From contig ML992507.1 in assembly GCA_010093995.1 (NCBI GenBank), positions 803,576 to 867,575 on the forward strand: DNA of 64,000 bases, given 5' to 3'. This document shows, in pieces, positions 1 through 13,185 of this stretch (position 1 is the stretch's first letter; each line of letters starts with the position of its first letter). Source of the DNA: Elsinoe ampelina. Taxonomy: Eukaryota. Below the pieces are notes generated by a model. That model saw nothing but the letters and a program-made list of their open reading frames with translations, was not told the origin of the DNA and did no database searches. Made by a program: the position numbers and the translations under genes.

Positions 1-1362
1 GTGGGCGATGCTGCTGGGACTACGACCGAAACTCGGTTCACCGATGAATCCACACTCCATCTAGACACAACGTTGTTCTCGCTGTGTTCCTCCTTGAGCT
101 TGCCGACGACGGTTTTTGAGTATCTCTCAGCATCAGTGAATGGATTGGGGTTCCGCAAGTTCACGAAGCTCTGCCTTCTCAGACTGTCCTCTCGCGTCTT
201 GTCCCTCAGAAGTGACACTCGACGATTCAATTCTTGCACCTGATTCTTCAATTCTGCGGTGGCGGGTGACGATCCAGTTTCATCGCTACCTTGACCGCTA
301 GTTGGTGTTACTGGACTCGATATATTGCGTGTTGGCGTATGAAGTCGCGAGCTGCTCCGGAGGCTCTTTAACGATCTCATCTGTGGTAGTTCCTGGCTCT
401 TGGATGCTCGTAGCGGCGCTGGTGCCCAATCTTCAGACTCTTCGTCTACGATTTGGGCGACTATCCCGGTAGGTGATTGGACAGGTGGGTGTACAATTGT
501 GTTGTCACTTCGTCCTCTCACGTGACCAAATTTTGGGGCCGATGTTGACTCGGGCGAATAGGCGCTGTTCTCACTGCGGAAGAATCGATTCGTATATGGG
601 GACTTGTGCATATGAACCGATGCTGCTCGCTGCAGGTTCTCGGCTGTCAAGGCTCGTGCTCCCTTGAGGTTTTGGTCCATGAGCTGTGGTGGTCAGTAAG
701 GGAATTCTGACCATAAGAGGTACACCCACGTTCAGCCGCTTCTTTGCGTTGGCTAGGATCAATTCCGCTCGCCTGCTTAGTTCGGCCGAAGAATTCTCCT
801 GCCGTCGTTGTGATCCCGATCGTGAGCGTGACCGGTTGCGTAGAAGCGCCGCAGGACTCCGTCCTCTGCCAGATTTTGTAGGGGTTGCTGCGCCGGAGCC
901 TGCCTCATCGAGAGTGACAATGTCCGACTCTTCCCCATCATACTTGTATTCCGGAATCGCATCCCAGTCCAGTGTCGCGGTAGAAGTGGAAATGAATGAA
1001 GCCTTGCGTTGCATCTCTGGATTGTTCCACCGCGAATCCTCATCTTCGACAGTGCTAGACCGGGAGGCTCTTTTAGTGTCACCAGTGCTCAATCTGACGG
1101 TCAAGTAATTGTCGTCCTCTGTCGTGCTCCTTTCGAGACCTCTCCTCCTTGACATGGATCCCAAGCTCTTCTTTGGGGTGATCGTCCGGGGTACATCCTT
1201 ATCGCCAACTTGATCCAGCAGATACGAGGGTGAGGGTGGCCGGCCAGCTCGTGGGGGAGAGGTTGTCACATAGGCGGCCTCATTTGGGAGGACCATCTCC
1301 GGGTTGGTCAGGGTTGGAGAGGGAAGAGAAGCGATACTCTTCACGTGAATGAGAGGATCCAT
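1..1362 (-). CDS. Hypothetical Ser/Arg-rich protein with short coiled-coil segments; 3' end runs off the window
   Basis: ATG at 1362 (MDPLIHVKSIASLPSPTLTNPEM). Intron 729-684 (GTGGGT..ACTGAC..CAG) joins AKKRLN to LMDQNLKGARALTAENLQR, and the frame continues toward position 1. Confidence 0.75.
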
Positions 1363-3461
1363 TTTGATCGAGTCTTCGCGACCCGTGGGTCATAAGCTCC
1401 CACAACGAGACCAAACCTTCTTTCTCCGACAAGACCGCTGCATTGGCTTGTCTCAAGATCCGGAAGTAGTGAGTGATAACGCAAGCGAAGACTTGCTACA
1501 CCGAACCATGTTGGAAAGGGTAGGCGGGATCAAAGGTCAGGCTTCTTGGGGATCAGCGGAAAAAAAGGCGTTAGCGAGACCCGTTGACGGGCAGAATGAA
1601 CGGCGTGTTGCTTCGGCGGGATAGCTTGAGAGGAACAGGCAAGGTTGGTGTGCGTGATCGTCCGCCATGGGCTTGAGTGCCCGAGACATTCTGGGGCTCG
1701 CGCGCCAATCGCTTTGGCTCCAGGTTAAATGCCCTAGGGCGTTGAGATGCATTTGGCAGGAGAAGGGGAACGATAAGGAAGAGGGAGAAGAAGCTTCCTG
1801 TGTACCACATGTCGATACCTACTGTACGATTGAGTTGATAGTCGGCGGTTTCATTTGATATTGTTCTGCTGCAAGTGCGGCAGAGTCAACAGGTCAGGCC
1901 CGTCATCGACCGGATTTCCGGGTTCTGCTTGGAATCCCTGTGATGATCCCACGCGAGCAAGAGACAGGTCATGACAGTTGTGGTGGATGCGAGAGCCTCA
2001 AATGGGCTGACGGTACATGTTCAACGTTCATCTCCATCTAACGGCCACTGGCGTCACATACTGCGCACATATGCGTACCCGATGGACGTTGACATTGGCA
2101 AGGCCGGAGCTCCTTGCATGCAGTACGGAAGTGGTTGCATGTCCTTCGGCTCCATGCATTTGGCATCTCAATGTTCGGAAACTATTATGACATTGCCAAT
2201 CCCACCGGCTATGGAGGCTTGTTTGCGATTCATTTGCTCACGTGACAGATCGTGGTAGTATCCGACAATGAAAAGTCTTCTTTGGTTGGCCATGTTTAAA
2301 TCTATGCAGCCTTTCAAAAGCAAGACCAAGGTGCAACGCATCACAGCCACATGGATTTGTGCATCCTCGAGAATCGCTTCACTCGGTCAAACGGAACATT
2401 TCACAGCGATTGTTGGAAGCCGACTGTGTCTGAGAGCATCTCATGAAGCCGCAATAAGGTAACCCCCTCTTTCGCCAGCACAGCAGCTGCAAAAGCCTCC
2501 ATCAAGCTTGCGCAACCTCAGATACATCCAGGTCGAATCAAAGCCACAAATGAGGCACACCTACAGGATATGTACCCTATACATTCCGAGACTAGTCCTG
2601 GAAAGCGATCTGGCCCGAGAGGTCCTCCCAAAACTCGACCAAAAATGCAGCTTGGCGGCGGGAGGCAAGTTGCGGTGAAGCCGTCTTGTATGCACCTCAT
2701 CCACCACAGTGGGTCTGGTCCTCATAGAGACCATACAAATGCCATGACAAGCCGCGAAGATCTCCGAGCGAGGTTCCACGAGTCACAACATCTCTTTCTT
2801 GCCTCGAATTTTCTTTTTCTTTCCACCTCTGTACTACCAGCATGGTTTGATGGTGGTATTCTTCACGAAGTCATGACTGATGAGTAACGGCCGTTCAAGT
2901 TCAATCTCGCTTGACGATTGGCGGCAGATACACATTTGGCATCCTGGTGCGTTTCAAGAGGTGCATGAGGAGCAAAAGTGAGGGGCAGACAAGAAAAGGA
3001 CACTCTTGAGTCTTGACCAAGTCGAAGAAAGCGAGGGGTCACATCTCTGGTTCGGCAACGCGGGCCTGTCCCACTCTTGAAAAACAGATTGGCTGGGGCC
3101 GTCTTTTGTTGGAAGTCGGAGAGAAGCCAACTTGGAGAGAAACTCTCGTGCTCACGACAAACGACCACACCTTGTGACCACTTCAATCACCTCTACCAGC
3201 AAACTTTTCCTACCACTTGACGCCAATTGCCTGTTTGTTCAGGATCGCGGTACGAATACTGTCATCCCCCCAAAAGAATCGTCGTCGGACAATTCTCACC
3301 ACCTGTAATCTTTCCCCCTGTCTACCGCCACCCTTGCGACATTCGCCCGGCGTTTCTGAATTTCGGGGTCCTGGATAGCAGCACACACGACAGAAATCGG
3401 TCGCCTTCCATGATATCGCAAGTTCCGACTCCAGTGACAAACCTCTCGCGATCAATCCTTC

Positions 3462-6400
3462 ATGGCCGCTGCTCTGATAGCTTCACCCCTCGTCGATCCG
3501 CTCGCAGGATGGCCAGGACGAAACATCTCGCCGCCGGAGACGGAGCCGGCTGAGCGCATGTTCTACAACTACTCTCCTCACCCTTCGTATGGCGCACAAT
3601 TGGATGACCGATTGCCTACACTAGCCGATTCTCTTCAGATATTCCAGGCTTTCCAGCAGTCATTATTACTGCTCAGCGCATGCCAGACCGTGGCGCAAAT
3701 CGCTTTTGCACTTCCCTTGCCAGTCCCGAAATTTACAGATAACGACGACACCCTTCTTCACGACCCTCACGACTTTACGAACACTGACGACCATGCACGA
3801 CCATCACCAATCCTCCGACCCACCACAAATCGCAACACCAGCAAGGACATCATGCCTTCCTACCTGCCAGCGCTTCCAAGGCTCCCCTCTGAGCCTTCTA
3901 CTGTCCCTTCATTCGCCTCTCTCGATCCTTCCGCACTCTATCGTCAACATGGGAAAAAGGCGGCCAAGGCTGCTGCCAAGGCAGCTCAGCGTAGTAGATG
4001 GGCAGACTCGGGCGACGAAGGGGATGGCACAAAGAACCCAGATGAAGGCGGGGACGGCTCTGCTCCTCCAGCGGACGGTGCTGGTGCCGGCGGAGCTGAC
4101 GGAGGTGAAGACCCGGATAAGAACAACAATGAGGCTGGTGATGATGAGTGGGCTGCACCACTCACGGCAAAGCAGAAAAAGGCAGCTAAGAAAAAGAAGC
4201 AAGCTGCATTCAGCTGGGATGCGCTGGGGGACGAGGGCGGTGAAGGTGGTGAAGGCAACACTGAGGGAGAAGCATTGGGGAACACGGAGACACCTGCAGC
4301 AGTCGAGGCTGATGCTGCAGACGAATGGGGAGGTTTTGAGACTGCTGGGAACAAAAAGAAGAAGAAGGGTAAGAAAGGAGAACCTGATCCACCACCTGTG
4401 CCCGCACCGCCACCCGCTGCCAAGATCGGAGCGAAAGACAAGGATGGATTTGATGAAGTCGATCTCGGTGGAAATGCGCCCAAGCTGGACCTCGACTTTG
4501 GAACCAGTGAGAAGAAGAGCGGCGGTGGTTTTAGCTTTGGTGGTTGGGGAAGTGGATGGGGCTCTGGTGGAGGGGCCGCAAAGAGTTCATGGGACTTCTC
4601 TGGCGCTGACGACAAGCCTGCCACTAAAGATGAGTCGAAGGACTCGACAGATGCGTGGACATCGTTCGGGTCAACCAAGAAGGACAAGGCAAAAAAGTCA
4701 GGCTTCGATTTCGGATTCGGCAGCGATGATAAGGTCGATGGAGTTGCTGGCAAGACCAAAGACGATCCTTGGGCCAAGCTAATGGGAGACTCTAAGTCAA
4801 GTAAGAGTAAAAGCAAGGTCGAGGACATCACTGTCGAGCCAACGACCGAAGCGGCCGCCGATACTACCACAGCAGATGCAAACGCAGATGATATCTGGGG
4901 AGGTTGGGCTACAACTTCAACCAAGAAAGGCTCCAAGAAGGGCAAGGCTTCTAAAGAACCAGAACCGCTCAAGGAAGAGCTTCCACCTCCACCGCCACCA
5001 CCTCCCGTTGAAGAAGATCCCTGGGCTGAATTTTCTACCGGGAAGAAGGGCAAGAAGAAGAAAGGCGGGAAAGAGCCCACTCCAGAGCCGGAAGTGAAGC
5101 CTGCAGAGCCAGAACCCGAGCCGGTGCCCGATCCTCCAGCTGAAGCAGACCCAGACGATTCATATAATTTCAACCTCTCTGCTAAAGAACGAAAACGCCT
5201 TGCGAAGCAGAAGAAAGCTGCAGGCAAGGAGGACATCCCGCCGCCACCTCCAGAGATTCCCGAACCTGTTCCTGATCCACCTGCACCCGAGCCAGCAGCA
5301 GAAGATCTTGAAGAAGATCTGAGCTGGATGTCAGCCAAGGATCGCAAGAAGGCTATGAAACGCATAGAGAAGGAAAAGGCAGAGCGAGAGAAGCTGGAAC
5401 GAGAAGCTGCTGAACAGGCAGATGCGGACAAGCTTGCTGCAGAAGAAGCTGAGCGAGAGGCTGCTGAAGCCAAGGCCGCCGAAGAGGCTAAAGCTGCAGA
5501 AGCAGTTTCTGCTTCTAAATCATCCAAGAGCAAATCCAAATCGAAAGGATCGAAGACAAAGGAGCCTTCGCCTGAGCCTGAACCAACACCGGAACCTGTT
5601 CAAGATCTGGTCGTTGCAGACAAGGGTGGCGATGATTGGTGGGATGAAACACCTTCATCGAAAAAGAAGAGCAAGAGTAAATCGTCTAAGATCATCGCCG
5701 AGGAGTTGCCAGCTGCACCTTCGCCACCTCCCGCTCAAGCCGAGGAAGCAAACGAGAATGACTGGAGCTTTTCCTGGGGACAGGCCAAGAAGGATTCGAA
5801 GAAATCCAAATCAAAGACTAAGGAGCCTTCGCCCGAGGTCGAGGAACCCAAGGCAGATGCCGAAGACGATTGGGGTTCAGGATGGGGAATTGGCACTAAG
5901 AGCAAGAAATCGAAGGGCGTCGTGGAAGTAGCAGACGTGCCGCCCGACACACCTGTCGTCAAGCCCGACAGTCCAGCACAAGAAGAGGATGATATCTGGG
6001 GAAGCTGGTCTACTGGTAAGAAGTCAAAGAAGAGCTCTAAATCAAAGACAGCAGAGCCCAAAGCAATCGAGCCACCTCCGCCACCTCCGGAAGAGCCTCC
6101 ACCGGTTGAAGTCGACCCATATGCTGGTCTATCTAGTAAAGAGATCAAGAAGCTAGAGAAGGAAAAGGCCAAGGCTGAGAAAGAGCGGATCAAGCGAGAA
6201 GCTGCCGAGGCCGCCGAAGCAGAGGCTGCACGTATCGCCGAAGAAGAGGCTGCACGTATCGCCGAAGCAGAGGCTGCACGTATCGCCGAAGAAGAGGCTG
6301 CACGTATCGCCGAAGAAGAGGCTGCACGTATCGCCGAAGAAGAGGCTGCACGTATCGCCGAAGAAGAGGCTGCTGCTGAAGCTGCTCGAGTGGCAGAAGA

Positions 6401-9400
6401 AGCGGCAAAAGCTGAAGCAGAGGCAAAGGCTGCTAAGAAGGCTGCTAAATCGAGTAAGAGCAAATCAAAAAGTAGCCCAGAGAAGGACAAGGTGGACGAG
6501 TCTGCTTTCGCAGATGCGTTCGCTGATGACCTGGATTTGCTACCTCTGGATGAGTCGCCAAGCAAGAGCAAGAGCAGCAAGAAGGACAAGGATGCGAAGA
6601 AGAGTTCCAGCAAGGTGAGTTATATCATTTCTATCTTCGTGTCGGACCAGGACATGGTATACGAGGGCTACGTCGATTCGACAAAGCCTCGCTACTGTTC
6701 CTTCACTTCGCCGCACTTCATGATGCTCACATCACACCTCTCCTCACCTTCACCGTCGTTTCCACCTTCACATTTCACATGATCACGATTCCATGCAATC
6801 CACGGTTGGAATTCTGGGGTAATCGGCCTAGTGCGGCTCGTCACGGCACGGTCCACGCCCCAAGGATTTCCGGGATCCAATCTGCGGTCAATCCGCGGTC
6901 ACAAGCCACACCCGTTCCGGCAAATTGTCAATTAGGAGCCTGGGCCACCCTGTAGTACAGACGCTAACTGTGTAAATTTACAGACATCGCCAGATGACAA
7001 CGTGGACTCTTCAACCACACACATTGACTACCACGACATGCCAAAAGCCTCCGACAAGAAACTAAAGACCGGCGCAAAAGATTCTGTTGCTGATCGCATT
7101 AAAGCTCTTCAAGGCGATTCTAAAGACTCCAAGATTGACCCGAAAAAATCTAAGCGTAAGCAAGCTGAAGAGGAGCTTGCGCCTCCACCGCCACCACCTG
7201 TGGAGCCCCCAGTCGAGCCCTCATCGTCAAAGAAAAAGTCATCGAGCAAATCCAAGGACGTCTCACCTCCATCGAGCTCGAAGAAGGCCAGTAGTCCGCT
7301 TCCCGGAGGCTTTCCAGACAACGACGATCTTCTCGACTCTTTCGACCCCATCGATAGCAAAGGTTCCAAGAAGAAGTCATCATCTTCATCAAAAACTCCA
7401 GAGAAATCCTCCTCGTCCAAGTCGAAGCGCATTGCTGACGATCTCATCGACCTCGCCGACGCTCCACTACCAACTCCGCCGCCCGAGGATAAAGCCTCTA
7501 AACGCGACAAGAAGGACAAGCACAGCAGCAAATCTAAAGACCGCGATCTCTCACCAGAAAAGTCCCTCGAGAAGGAAGACCGCAAGAAGAAATCTTCCCG
7601 CGACAAGCACAGCTCATCTGACGAGAAACCTGAAAAATCGAAGAAGCGCTCATCCGACGACAAGGCGGAGAAGACAGATCGCGATCGCGACCGCAAGTCG
7701 CGTGACAAGGATGCCTCACGTTCAGATCGCAAATCCAAACGTGAGGACGATGTGCCATCATCATCCTCGGAGAAAGGTGGCAAGGACCGACCCAAAGCAT
7801 CTCGCGGGTCGTCGTTTGGAGGACTGTTCGGATCGTCCACTACGCCCTCCAAATCGAAGCCTTCATCCAGCAGCAAACGCCATTCTATCGTCCCGGATGG
7901 TCCAATGTCGCCACCGCCGGAGATTGATCCCAAGACGATCACCGGGAAGGCGGCAGGATTACTCGGAATTGGTCGACGCGATAGCAAAATGGACAAGCGC
8001 AAGTCACGTGGTGTCCCGGATCCTTACGCGCTGGACGACGATATCGTGATGGTGGAGGCACCGGAGCCGCCGTCAGACAAGAAATCGCGTTCCAAGGACA
8101 AGACGCCTTCTTCAAGCAAGAAGAAGCGCGACACATTTATGTCTGGTGGGCTAGGCGACAGTCCCGTCATCGTCGATCCACCTTCCCCTGGTGAGGATCC
8201 CGAAAACCTTGCCTTTGATGTCAAGCGGCCCGGTCTGAAGAGAGCCAACACTTCTACCAAGAAAGGCTTGCTAGGTGGACTGTTTGGCGGAAAGGCCAAG
8301 GAAGCCACTGTCGACCGAGGCTACGCATCTGACGATGCCGCGCGCAAGAAGCGCAGCGCTGCTTCTGGTGATGATGGTGCCAAGCGTCTTCGCCGGGAGG
8401 AAAGAAAGGTTGGCCGCGACAAGCCCTCTAAAGACGCCGACGACTCTGCCGACGCTGAAGAGGCCGAAAAGCGCCGTGCTGATCGCCGTGCTCGTCGCGC
8501 CGAGCGAGAAGCTGCTGATGCCGCCGACTCTGCCAAGAAGGAAGAAGAGCGGCGAGAACGTCACCGGGCCCGTAAAGAGGCGCAGCGTAAGGAAGATGAG
8601 GAGCGAGAGGCTGCACGGCAGGAAGAAAAGCGTAAGCGTCGCGCCGAACGAGAGAAGCGAGACAAGGCCGAGGCGAAAGATCTCGAAGACAAAGAGGCAC
8701 GCCGAGCCAAACGTCGCGATGAGGAGAAGTCGTCCCGCCCCAAGACCGAAAGGCGCAAGACAGAAGACGACGTCGACCCCGAGCGCGAAGCTCGTCGCGA
8801 AGAACGCAAGCTCCGTCGCAGCGCGGGGGTGAAGGATCTCGGCACCGAAGCCAAACCTAGAGACGTCAAAGACAAGGAGCGGGAGAAGATCCGCAAGAAG
8901 AGCGAGTACGTACCACCCCATCCCCGCGACGTCGAGGAGGAAGACCCTTTCTATGATGGGAGGAGAGATTCTAAACGCAGATCAGTCGCAGAGCCTAGGA
9001 GTCGACATCGGTCGAGCAGGAGGTACGACAACGACGAGCAGGATGATGGTAGAGAACGATATGAAGACGCCTGTGAAGGTCCAAGTCAGCCTTACCTTCA
9101 CCCTCAGACAGGCGGGAAGGACAAGACCAGCTCGTGGATCCAGAGCCTCGCAAGCTCAGACCCAGAACTTCCGCCCTTGGCAGCAACAATCCTTGAATCT
9201 CCGCCTGCTCGCCGCATGGATCTCGACGACCGAGCGCGGCGTAGGGAGCAGAAACTCATGGATTACGAAAGCGACGAGGAGTACGAGAAGCGGCGACGGA
9301 GGCGGGACGAGCGGCGCGTGAGGGACAGGGAGAGGGAAGGCGAAGGACACAGGGAAAGCGACGCCGGGAGTGGTAGCAGGGGAAAGAGGGACAGTGTGGC

Positions 9401-9521
9401 CTTCAACAGTATGGGATATGGAGACATGGGAAGGACATGGGATGGAAAGCCAGTGGCAGGGCCTGCGATGCCGCCAGCAGGTGGAAGGAGGAGCAGCTGG
9501 TTCCAGAAACTGGGCTTGTGA
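3462..9521 (+). CDS. Very large (about 1770-1900 aa) low-complexity Lys/Glu/Ser/Pro-rich protein with repeated acidic-Trp motifs
   Basis: ORFs 3462-6782 and 7002-9521 join in phase 0 through intron 6615-6983 (GTGAGT..GCTAAC..CAG). The start codon is uncertain (3462 or 3852). Confidence 0.8.
6213..6373 (+). repeat. Coding 24-bp tandem repeat, 6 full copies plus 1 partial, encoding AE(E/A)EAARI
   Basis: The unit gccgaag(a/c)agaggctgcacgtatc is repeated directly. Confidence 0.97.
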
Positions 9522-10109
9522 GCCAGCCATGGGAAGAGATGGAGTGTTTGAGCGTTAGTTGCATAGCAGTGGCATTTTGGATACGATACCCCTTATCTAC
9601 TACAGCGCGGAGTAATTGAATGTCGCGACTATCTGAACAAGTGGGCACCTTCCTATCTCAAACACTGAAACTCTGCTTGAGCATGTGATGTCTTTGCCTC
9701 AGCCATTGCAACCGAACTCCGCACTACGTCACTCCCGCTTCTACCCATTCCAGTTCTGCCTGCCTGCCCGCACCGTCACCGCGCATCAGTGCAAACTTCC
9801 TGCTGGCAAGAAGTGGGGGTGTTTATCTGTCTGCCTGAACCCTGCTTAATAACCCCTTCCTCACCCTCTATCCCTCACACCAGACTCCCATTCAACCCAA
9901 TCCACACTACCATCACCTACCTACCCACCACCCTCAACCACAAATCCAACAAAACGGCCATCCCCAAACGCCCCCTCCTCATCCTCCTCCTCTCCTCCCT
10001 CGCCATTTTCTCCCTCCTCCAATTCGCCAAACACTCGGAAACCAGAATCACATTACCGTTTCTCCGATCGCAATCGAGCGGCAACTATCCCAACAAAGCA
10101 GCAGCAGAA

Positions 10110-10728
10110 ATGCCTCTCGTTGTACCAGGTTTGCAGAGCAAGGATGGGGAGTCGGGGGAGTTGAGCCAGTGGGCTTCCAAGTTGATGGGGAAGAAGATTG
10201 GGGAGAAGCACGATGAGGTGGTGAGTCTTTCTTCTATTTTCATATGTCGTGGAGGCCAAGGGGAAGGAGGGGGAGGGATGGTGGGGTATTTGAAGGGGGA
10301 AGGGGGCGGTAGCAAGAAGGTGGTGATGGTGAGGTGGGAGGAGCGATCTGGACAGCTGAAGACGTCGAAAGAGGTAGCCGCTGGAGATACCGGGTGCGGA
10401 GCTGTCACGAGAGCTGGAAGCAGAGTGGGAGATGGAGACACGATGCCACTCCTCTCATTCCTGGGGATGTCCAGCGGCCCAGTCATCGGGAGAAAAACAC
10501 AAATTGGATACAGACCACAATGCTGACACAGCCAGACCTTTGCAAAGAGCGACCTCCCGTCCAAGCACCGCGTCATCGGCCCCAATCAAGGCATGACCAT
10601 GGACTTTGTGCCAGAGAGGTGAGCACACCATTTCCCCTCCCACTCCCTTTCAGTCCGTTAACGAGGATATCAGACTCAACGTCCACGTCGACGACAATGG
10701 CGTTGTCAAGGATGTCAAGCACGGTTAG
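10110..10728 (+). CDS. Small peptidase inhibitor I78-family-like protein (about 82 aa)
   Basis: Exons 10110-10220, 10536-10618 and 10674-10728 give MPLVVPG...KLMGKKIG...TFAKSDLPSKHRVIGPNQGMTMDFVPERLNVHVDDNGVVKDVKHG. The TMDFxPERLNV motif is typical of I78/potato-inhibitor folds. Confidence 0.8.
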
Positions 10729-11151
10729 ACCACAACCACGAATCAAGAGGGGAAAGAGAGAGCAGGACGTGGTAGTAGGATGCCTTTTATTCATGGCCGC
10801 TTCTCCTAGCGCTTCGTCTTGTCTTGTCTGATGGCTTGAGTTGAGATATAACTTTTTACAATCGACGGAGGTTTGAACCTCGTCTCTGTTTCCCCCTTTA
10901 CCTGCCCCGGTCGCTGTGCTAGCACTGTCGTGCTTGATCACCAAAGTTCCCAATTGCTGTCCTTCGTCTCGGTAGCGGTGATTATCGTACAGCCCTCTTG
11001 CGTCTCCCCAATGCGGCGGGTCTCGCAGCCAGGGCGGAATGTCGTTCCTTGTAGGTCGAGCATCTGCTCGTTTGAGCGGATACCCATTCCCCATCCGCAA
11101 CTGCCTGCCTCGAGACACCCTCAATCTCTGCCCTACCAACTTGCTCCAACC

Positions 11152-12952
11152 TCATATATAATCCCTCCCACTCTTCTGCAACTCAATCAACCTCCACCCC
11201 CTCGTCTCGGGATTATTCACATCCTCGGGCACCCTCGTGATCCCAATCGCATACGTGACCTGCTGGACCTTATCCTCCATCCCGCTCGCCAACTCCCCCG
11301 ATTTCTTATTCCGATAAACATGCACCTCCTGCGTGCGACACATGATGACAAAAACCGGGATGTCGCCCGGCTCCAACATCCTCGCGTTGAGAATATCCAC
11401 GTTCCTGATGTCCAGTATCCTCCCGTCGCTCTTGAGGCCATGTTGCGTGTACTGCTGCATCAACGCCGCGTAGACCTGGTACTGCGCCGCGGACAGCCAG
11501 AGCTTGAGGGTTTCCACGTCGCCTTTGACGTACGCGTCCAGGACTTCAGGGAGGATATACTCGCGCATTTCTTGCAGGAAGGGCTCGACTTGGAAGGACG
11601 GGTCCATCTCGCGGAATTTTTTGATGACGGTTGCGGTTTCGTTTTCGGCGAAGAAGCCGGCTACGCGGTCGGTGATGGAGCGTGCCGTGGAGATCAAGGG
11701 GTTTTCGGACTCGGCGTAGGTCGATTTGATGCTGAAGAGGCGTTGGGCGAGTTTCGAGTTGTCGCGGAAGTCGCGCCAGGATTCTTTCCAGGCGGCGTCT
11801 TTATGGAGGGTGATGTTCACGCCGGCGCTGGGAGGAAGGTTAGTGATGCTTTTGGGAGGGATGGGTTGGGACGTACTCGGGGTCTTCTTCCAGCTTCTCT
11901 GGTCTCCGCTTCCCGCTGATGGCGTCTTTGAGTTCTTTCTCCTCTCGCTTCTTTCGTCGCTCCTCCTTCTCGACCCAGCCGCCGTATCTGCTACTGCTGC
12001 CATCATCGATCACGTCCTTCACGTTCTTGTACGCCTCAGTCTGTCGTACAGGTCGGGTTGCCTTCTCGAGCCCACTACCGACTGCTGTCGCTCCCGTGCG
12101 TAAACCCTTGACCACGGATGTGTCCCAGGTCCAGGCAGCGCTCTTTCCAATAGCAGTCGCAGTTGTCTTGATAGCAGCGCCGCCAACTGTAGCCGCTTCA
12201 TCCGTCACCTTCGTATATACTCCCTTTGCTCTTTGGACATTCGGGTTCTGTGTAAAGTCGTGTATCGTACCGCCTAATTGTTTCGTGCCCTCGTTCCACT
12301 CTTTCGATTGTTTGAACTCGCTCTGCATGGTCTCCGTGAAAACTTGCCATGGTGTCTTGTTGCCATGCTTCGGTGCCTCGGTGGTTTCTTCCTTTGGCTC
12401 AGCACCTTCCTCTCCTGCAGCAGCTTCCTCGGCTTGCTTTGCCTTCTGTTCTGCCTTCTGTTGTCGCTTGCGGAATTTGGCCTCCTCTCTCTCGGCCTCG
12501 GCGCGTACTCGACGATATGCTTCCTCCGCTGCGTCTACTCCAGAGCTGGGAGCTGGCTCCTCCTTCGGTGCTGCTTTCGTGGCTGAAGCTTTCGTGGGCT
12601 CGGGTTTCGATTGCTGCCTTGACTCTTGCGGCTTTGCAGCTGGTTTGGGTCGCGACTCGGCGGCCCGCTCTTGTGCTCGTGCTTCTCGAAGTTCCTTGAA
12701 TGAAATAGACCGTACTGAGGTGTAAGAAAGAGCCGGGAGGATCTGTGAGATTGCGGTAGGTCGTGTTGAGGGACTCAAAGGTGATATCGAGCTCTGTATT
12801 GACGCGCCGGCGCCATTTGTGATCGTCGTTATCCGTCTATAGGCTGCCGTCCTGCCATACTGGTTTTGTGCTACCGCCGATGATGCATAGATAGATCTCG
12901 AGGCTCCGCCGGTGGAGTTGCGGAGTAAAGAAGAGCGAAGGAGGGCGCTCAT
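11152..12952 (-). CDS. TIM44: Mitochondrial import inner membrane translocase subunit Tim44
   Basis: Arg/Ser-rich presequence MSALLRSSLLR, then DDGSSSRYGGWVEKEERR, MDPSF..FL..MREYILPEVLDAYVKGD and C-terminal GWRLIELQK. One intron at 11876-11828. Confidence 0.95.
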
Positions 12953-13185
12953 GCTAGGAGATAATGACAAAATGAAAGGTCGACAGAAAAGTACGAACAA
13001 ATGATCATAGGAAGTGATCGGATACTTCAGGGAAAAAATGAAGAAGGCCGGATGCACGACCGAGCTCCGACGTCTTAGTGCGGCTCCGCGGGCGGTTCCG
13101 CAAAGCTAATTTGGCGGAGCTGGAAAAGTTGCCCGCCTCACTTGCTTCAAGGTCAGTGACCAGATTAATACCACAAACTCCAACC

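Noticed and set aside
6615..6983. 369-nt intron as a possible snoRNA host or retained-intron isoform
   Set aside because: No convincing paired C/D or H/ACA boxes by eye, and the 55-codon read-through has no support.
3986..8921. Long antisense and off-frame ORFs (e.g. 3986-5539, 5735-6613, 7087-8049)
   Set aside because: They shadow the low-complexity sense gene and show no independent motifs.
12953..13185. Short divergent spacer between TIM44 and uS11m
   Set aside because: Head-to-head housekeeping pairs are common in compact fungal genomes; no specific motif identified.
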